Of a DNA stretch of 39,134 bases, positions 35,156 through 39,134 are shown piece after piece (the first letter of the stretch is position 1; every line of letters starts with the position of its first letter). The position numbers and the translations under genes were made by a program. The stretch comes from an uncultured Deferribacteres bacterium (GTDB lineage Bacteria > Zhuqueibacterota > Zhuqueibacteria > Zhuqueibacterales > Geothermadaptataceae), in contig CAXHAT010000062.1 in NCBI GenBank assembly GCA_964014485.1, positions 1-39,134 on the forward strand, in the 5' to 3' direction. The notes below the pieces were generated by a model, which worked only from the letters and a program-made list of their open reading frames with translations, was not told the DNA's origin and did no database searches.

Positions 35156-35800
35156 CTAGTTTTGCGCTAAATTTCGCAAACTGTCAATCCCATAGTCGTA
35201 ATTTTCGTCGTCACTGGTACGCCATTTTGCAGACTGTTCGCTTGTATAAAGATGTGATGCGAGCTTGCGCGAATAACGCTCATCCTTCGTTACGAAATTC
35301 GGGTCGAATAACCTTACGCGATTGTTCGGCTGAATCGCAAAATTGCCATTGTCCAATTGTAAAACGTGGCCGCACTTATGCTGGCCCGGTGTCTCCGAAA
35401 AACCGTAACTGCGCAGGTCGTCGCCGAACCAATCAAGAGTAAATAAATACACGCCCACGTGTTCTTTTCTGTTTCTATCTACGTACGAAAGGCGTTTATG
35501 TTTCAAAATATCAAATACACATACATGACAGTTGTAAGAAAACGAATCCCATAAGCACACCTCGTCAAGAGATACTCGCCGCGCGTCTCGCTTATGACAA
35601 AAAGCGTGAATCGGCATACGCCACCATATACCGCCGTCGTCTGCGAAAAAATGAAAGAGCGGCGTTTGACCGGGGATCGAAGCAACGCCAAATATCTGAA
35701 CCGGCACAAACTCGCCGACATACTCCGCGCCGTGTTGATTCATAAACTCAAGACGGCAAAACGCTTCAATTGTCGGTATATTAATGTTCATCGCACGCAA
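35156..35800 (-). CDS. Conserved hypothetical phage protein
   Basis: WRMPIHAF, LWDSFSY, YLFTLDW and NGNFAIQPNNRV motifs recall a widespread uncharacterised phage family. Confidence 0.7.
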   Translation of the reverse strand: MRAMNINIPTIEAFCRLEFMNQHGAEYVGEFVPVQIFGVASIPGQTPLFHFFADDGGIWWRMPIHAFCHKRDARRVSLDEVCLWDSFSYNCHVCVFDILKHKRLSYVDRNRKEHVGVYLFTLDWFGDDLRSYGFSETPGQHKCGHVLQLDNGNFAIQPNNRVRLFDPNFVTKDERYSRKLASHLYTSEQSAKWRTSDDENYDYGIDSLRNLAQN

Positions 35801-35801
35801 T

Positions 35802-37034
35802 CTAACCTGACACTATCTCAATCGTGTCCGCGTGTTTTGTAATCCCGTTGGTAACGGTCAAAGTGTTGTGCGGGTCGCGAACCATCGAATTAGGCTTGAT
35901 CGTCAAATCGGTAAACGTCCTTGACGAGGGATCGTTTTCAAATGTCAATAACGACTGCTCTCGTCCGCCGCCCACCGTCCCCGCAGTGCAAGTGCCACTA
36001 GAGCGATAATCACAAATCCCGCCGGTGTGTGTGAGCGTCGTCACCGTCGCCGTTCCGTAAATAGTTGAACTTCCTCCGCTTTGCGTCAGCGTGGTTACAT
36101 TGCTATCTATCTGGATAGACCCTCCTCGCTGCTGCACGGTGGCCAGCGTCACCGCGGCGGACATCAACAAATCACCAGCGTTTCGCACGGTGGTATACTG
36201 CGCCGCCTCCCCGCCGTAAATGGCAACACCGACGCTCCCCTCTTGCACTTCCAGCGTGTTGCTTGCGTGTGAACCTTTAAGCAGCAGCGCTGCAACGCCG
36301 TCCTCTGTTCCTCCACCGGTCTTTATCACCTCAATGGCGGTCTGAACTGTTCCCGAATTAATTTTAATCCGCGGACTGCCCGAACCGTCACCTACGCCAA
36401 TGCGAATCGTAGAACAATCAATCTCGAGGAAGTCCGCGCGATATTCGTTGTAACCGTTGGCGTTGGTTTTCGGTAAACCAATCTCGCCCGTAAAACTGGC
36501 GTCAACGGTGAAACTCGTCAGCGTCGCACCAGAGAGTTGATCCAAATTATAGAGCAACGACACGTTTGTGTTTTCCACAAAAACGTCATCCGCCGCCCCC
36601 GGCACACTCCCCTCGCTCCAATTGTTGGCATTGTTCACATCATTGGGGCCAGTCGCCGCCTGACTCTGCGCACCCGTCGCCGTGCCGCTCCCGGCAGTCG
36701 ACTCCGTGACCGTAATCGCAAACGGCAATCCGTCGGTGCTACCAGTCAACGTTACCACCGACCCCGAAACCGTAGAATCAAACTCACTGAATTGTGGAAT
36801 GTTGTCGCCCGTGTTTGTGCGGCTCTCATCGCCCACCAAGGCATCGCCCTCGAGCATCGCTTTCAGCGCTGCTGCCACGTCGGTGGTCGCAACGCTGGTG
36901 CCGACTGTAAGCACCAATGACGCACCACCAATTGTAACCGTCAGCGTGTCGTTCTGCGCCCAAGTGTTTGCGATAGTGATGGTGCGTATTTCGGGTATCG
37001 CAGCCGCGCGTCCGATCCAACGTGAGTTTGCCAT
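35802..37034 (-). CDS. Putative virion structural protein (T/G-rich beta-helix-like, 410 aa)
   Basis: Composition and repeated TxTxxGG turns. Confidence 0.55.
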   Translation of the reverse strand: MANSRWIGRAAAIPEIRTITIANTWAQNDTLTVTIGGASLVLTVGTSVATTDVAAALKAMLEGDALVGDESRTNTGDNIPQFSEFDSTVSGSVVTLTGSTDGLPFAITVTESTAGSGTATGAQSQAATGPNDVNNANNWSEGSVPGAADDVFVENTNVSLLYNLDQLSGATLTSFTVDASFTGEIGLPKTNANGYNEYRADFLEIDCSTIRIGVGDGSGSPRIKINSGTVQTAIEVIKTGGGTEDGVAALLLKGSHASNTLEVQEGSVGVAIYGGEAAQYTTVRNAGDLLMSAAVTLATVQQRGGSIQIDSNVTTLTQSGGSSTIYGTATVTTLTHTGGICDYRSSGTCTAGTVGGGREQSLLTFENDPSSRTFTDLTIKPNSMVRDPHNTLTVTNGITKHADTIEIVSG

Positions 37035-37044
37035 TATTTAAACC

Positions 37045-37326
37045 TTACTTTTTTTTATGCACAAACTTTTGTTCGCACTCATACAACGTCAAAAACGCCT
37101 CCGCGACGCATTTTGGAATTTTTGCGCGGCCCGACGGAGTGCGTACAAACTTGATGCGGCCCGTGTCTTTCCAATTTTGCACTTGCGATTTTGTAACCGA
37201 AAACATATCCGCCACTTCCTGAAAAGTCAAAAGCGGCTCGCCGAACATGACGGTCTCGCCCGTGTTCTTCTCCACAGTGACAAATGACCCCTGATTATCT
37301 CGCGATTGTGTGCGTTTCTTAGCCAT
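37045..37326 (-). CDS. MerR/excisionase-like HTH protein
   Basis: LLTFQEVADMFSVTKSQVQNWKDTGRIKFVRTPSG. Confidence 0.8.
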   Translation of the reverse strand: MAKKRTQSRDNQGSFVTVEKNTGETVMFGEPLLTFQEVADMFSVTKSQVQNWKDTGRIKFVRTPSGRAKIPKCVAEAFLTLYECEQKFVHKKK

Positions 37327-38855
37327 CAAAATTTAATTACTCCCCCCCAGGTTTGTTTTTTCTTCTTTTTGCAGCAATACGCTGCGTAACTGCTCACGTC
37401 GATTTGATCCGCAGGCTCCTCGTCCAGCCCCGTCCACGACACCAATTCCGCCTCGTAAGCCGCCAACCACTCGGCCTCAATCGGAAGGAAAATACGACCC
37501 TCCTCAAGCATATTGAGCAGACCCGAAGCAACAGCCCGCTCAAGTTTCGCGCCGCCGTTCGTTCCCGCCCCTTTCTGCGTCGGCAACACCGGTCCCACCA
37601 AGTGTACGTTCGATTTGTTCAATTCCTCTTTCAACGCCGGGCCGAAGTGTGCGTTCTCGATATAAATCGCCGCGGGGTTCCACACACCCGTATAATAGAT
37701 TATTCTATTTTTCAAGCTGTTCCAACTTACTCGGTATCTCCACATATACCTTAAAAATAACCGATGTGAAGTCGCGTCGTAATCCCAAATACCCATCGTC
37801 GACCAGGACGCCTTTTTTCCTTTTTTCTCCTCAGCTTTTTCCTTCGACGTCCCCGCCGTGTCGATGGTGGCAAGGCGAGTGCAAAGTCTTGCATCAATGG
37901 CGTTATATGCTTTGTCGTCACGGACCTCTCGTAAAATCTCTCCCTGCAAGCTGTATCGCCGAAACCACGCTTGGTTGATTATCGAGTCCTCGCGGATCGT
38001 CCAGTCGCCCTCGATCAGACGTTGGCGGGTCACCTTGGGCAAGTGCCATAGCTTGGCGACGTACTCTTGTTCATCGATGGCGGGATTGTCGCGGATAAGC
38101 GCCGGAATAAACGCGCGGCGAGCGTCCACCCAATACGCCCTTGGCGTCGGGTCGCCGATCGATGCAATCGATTCGTCGGTAATAAATCGGTTCTTCACAA
38201 ATTCATGGCCGATGTTTCCCGGATTACTCGCCGCGCGAAAACGCAAAGGTATATCGCTATCTTTAGTTCGTCGTAATCGAGAAAACAAAAACAAGTAAGG
38301 ATTATCTTCGCTTGGATTATCTTCGTCCGCCGGCAATCGAAACTCGGTTAGTTCGTCCCAGCCGATAAACTGATACTCCGCCGAAGCGTAACGAAAACGA
38401 TCGTTTGGACTGTCGATATAACCAAACTGAATCGTTGCTCCGGACGCGAAAGTAAACGTTTTCTGCTGCTCATTCCAGTTCACCCCGCGCGGCAAAAGCC
38501 AACTCTTTGCCCGGTCCATAATCGCACCGGACAAGCTGAGCCGTGCATAATCGCGACGCAAAATCAACGCTGAATAATCAGGGCAGTCAACATACTGTAG
38601 CGCCGCCATTAACAGCCATTCAGTTTTTCCGGGGCCGGCGCTCCCGCCATAAAGTAATTCTTCGCAATCGATCGAAAGCGCCAATGCTTGCTTGGGCCAA
38701 GGGACGTGTGGGCAGTATTTAAGTATCTGCTCCCACCCGACCATTGCCGCCATTGTTTGGTGCAGGCCGGCTATTTCGTCCGTCGTTGACTGCGGCGATT
38801 GCAGCCAAGAGCTGAGCAAACCGATCTCGCTGTTGCTCGGGGGTAAAATCGTCAT
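37326..38855 (-). CDS. terL: Terminase large subunit
   Basis: YGGSAGPGKT Walker A, IGWDELT Walker B, ASNPG, nuclease IDTA...DQID. Confidence 0.92.
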   Translation of the reverse strand: MTILPPSNSEIGLLSSWLQSPQSTTDEIAGLHQTMAAMVGWEQILKYCPHVPWPKQALALSIDCEELLYGGSAGPGKTEWLLMAALQYVDCPDYSALILRRDYARLSLSGAIMDRAKSWLLPRGVNWNEQQKTFTFASGATIQFGYIDSPNDRFRYASAEYQFIGWDELTEFRLPADEDNPSEDNPYLFLFSRLRRTKDSDIPLRFRAASNPGNIGHEFVKNRFITDESIASIGDPTPRAYWVDARRAFIPALIRDNPAIDEQEYVAKLWHLPKVTRQRLIEGDWTIREDSIINQAWFRRYSLQGEILREVRDDKAYNAIDARLCTRLATIDTAGTSKEKAEEKKGKKASWSTMGIWDYDATSHRLFLRYMWRYRVSWNSLKNRIIYYTGVWNPAAIYIENAHFGPALKEELNKSNVHLVGPVLPTQKGAGTNGGAKLERAVASGLLNMLEEGRIFLPIEAEWLAAYEAELVSWTGLDEEPADQIDVSSYAAYCCKKKKKQTWGGVIKF

Positions 38856-39134
38856 CGTTCGGATTCTTTAGGGGTGCTTTTTTCAAACCTTGCAGTTCAG
38901 ACTTTTGATCGAGGGCTTTGAGTATTTTTTCCAGGTAGGCCGGATTGCCGGTGTTGGTGCGCGTGGTGCGCTTGGCCTTTTTGCTATCGCCGTCGGTGTT
39001 GATCTCCGTAATCACCGTGTCCTCTCGCGATGCATCCCAGTCTATCCACGCTTCTTTGATTACGTCGTCGAGTTGTTCCAGTTGCTGCGTAATCAGCGTG
39101 TCGCAGTCGTCTATGCGAGACTCGCGCCACTCTT
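38719..39134 (-). CDS. Putative terminase small subunit (5' end outside the window)
   Basis: QQLEQLDDVIKEAWIDW...GNPAYLEKILKALDQKSELQGL immediately upstream of terL. Confidence 0.65.
   Translation of the reverse strand, partial: EWRESRIDDCDTLITQQLEQLDDVIKEAWIDWDASREDTVITEINTDGDSKKAKRTTRTNTGNPAYLEKILKALDQKSELQGLKKAPLKNPNDDDFTPEQQRDRFAQLLAAIAAVNDGRNSRPAPNNGGNGRVGADT

Noticed and set aside
34667..35159. ORFs across array B (LAIPTCAR repeats)
   Set aside because: Translations of CRISPR repeats; irregular spacer lengths shift the frame
1..39134. cas1/cas2/cas4, integrase, transposase, lysis genes
   Set aside because: No recognisable motifs in this window; they may lie outside it

Overview
The window is a ~39-kb piece of a tailed dsDNA phage or prophage, almost entirely encoded on the minus strand. 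The host is probably a Planctomycete, based on a TIGR02996-like domain and sigma-54 promoters. Reading right to left (the direction of transcription), it contains terminase small and large subunits, an HTH protein, a leaderless CRISPR-like mini-array (34709-35149), and Mu-like head, neck and tail genes. Next come a tail chaperone with a -1 frameshift and a displaced portal fused to GNAT and kinase domains. These are followed by two ADP-ribosyltransferase proteins around a MuF gene, a two-domain glycosyltransferase, and an early region of tiny genes driven by duplicated sigma-54 promoters and punctuated by tRNA-like and other structured RNA elements. The left end holds a frameshifted Gp37/Gp68 gene, an SNF2 helicase and a compact CRISPR module. 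The main finding is a 407-aa Cas12f1-like protein (700-1923) with both visible RuvC catalytic residues substituted and the Zn-finger/RuvC-III region missing. It comes with a candidate tracrRNA (~2907-3178) that has its own promoter and terminator and two anti-repeat segments. Two arrays with different repeats share only the 3' handle GGGGATTGCGAG, and solo handles sit right after stop codons. Together these suggest a phage-encoded, multiplexed, RNA-guided DNA-binding (CRISPRi-like) regulator. All homology calls come from motif recognition by eye; no searches were run.
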